From Chiloscyllium plagiosum (lineage: Eukaryota), in assembly GCF_004010195.1 (NCBI RefSeq), contig NC_057718.1, positions 20,400,915 through 20,464,914 on the forward strand: a stretch of DNA of 64,000 nucleotides. The letters are read 5' to 3'. Below, in pieces: positions 63,719 through 64,000 of the stretch. The translations under genes were made by a program, and so were the position numbers. Under the pieces are notes generated by a model. That model was not told where the DNA came from. It did no database searches and saw only the letters and a list, made by a program, of their open reading frames with translations. Positions within the stretch are counted from its first letter, which is position 1, and each line of letters starts with the position of its first letter.

Positions 63719-64000
63719 CTATAAATAAGAGCTGTATTTACACCTTCCTGCTCAATCGAAAACAGGAGTGACAATTAAATTATAGATAGCAAAATATAGT
63801 TTTTAGATGCTAAAACAGTAACTATCAGCAGGAAATATCGTAGGAAATGATCAAAACTATAGGCAGTTAATAACTTGTCTTTACAGAATACTGTAGCAGA
63901 GGATTGCTACAATGGAGGCAGTGTGATAATACAATAATGCACTGTATCGAACTAGGATAGATAGATGCAATGCCATTTCATGACATGTTTTCAACCTTCT

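Noticed and set aside
1..64000. CRISPR arrays, rRNA, operons or intronic snoRNAs
   Set aside because: This is eukaryotic sequence with no repeat-spacer array or rRNA similarity; no snoRNA could be supported without a covariance-model search.

Overview
Vertebrate genomic DNA, very probably from a shark or other cartilaginous fish (inferred from the HE1-type SINEs, CR1 LINEs and shark-type Penelope-derived repeats). It has one 498-nt assembly gap (28550-29047). Two spliced genes that the ORF track mostly misses were reconstructed by hand. (1) HYLS1 (centriolar protein) is on + with a putative non-coding first exon near 11.7-11.87 kb and 11 phase-compatible GT-AG coding exons (12070-47004; 1137 nt, 378 aa). 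(2) MRPL4 (mitochondrial ribosomal protein uL4m) is on - with 8 coding exons in the window (63718 down to 47148); its start codon is not in the window. The two genes are tail-to-tail, with 143 bp between stop codons and crossed AATAAA signals. The rest is mostly retroelements: a near full-length CR1 with esterase ORF1, an inverted CR1 sister copy, a near full-length L1 with TSD, Gypsy and Rex1 remnants, a solo LTR, SINEs and a Penelope (RT plus GIY-YIG) fragment. The most notable non-coding signal is a set of minimal type-I hammerhead ribozyme motifs. One sits at the Penelope terminus. At least three other short non-autonomous, often palindromic, repeat families carry them, several with 14-17 bp target-site duplications. 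Gene identities rest on recalled similarity to the human proteins; no database search was run.
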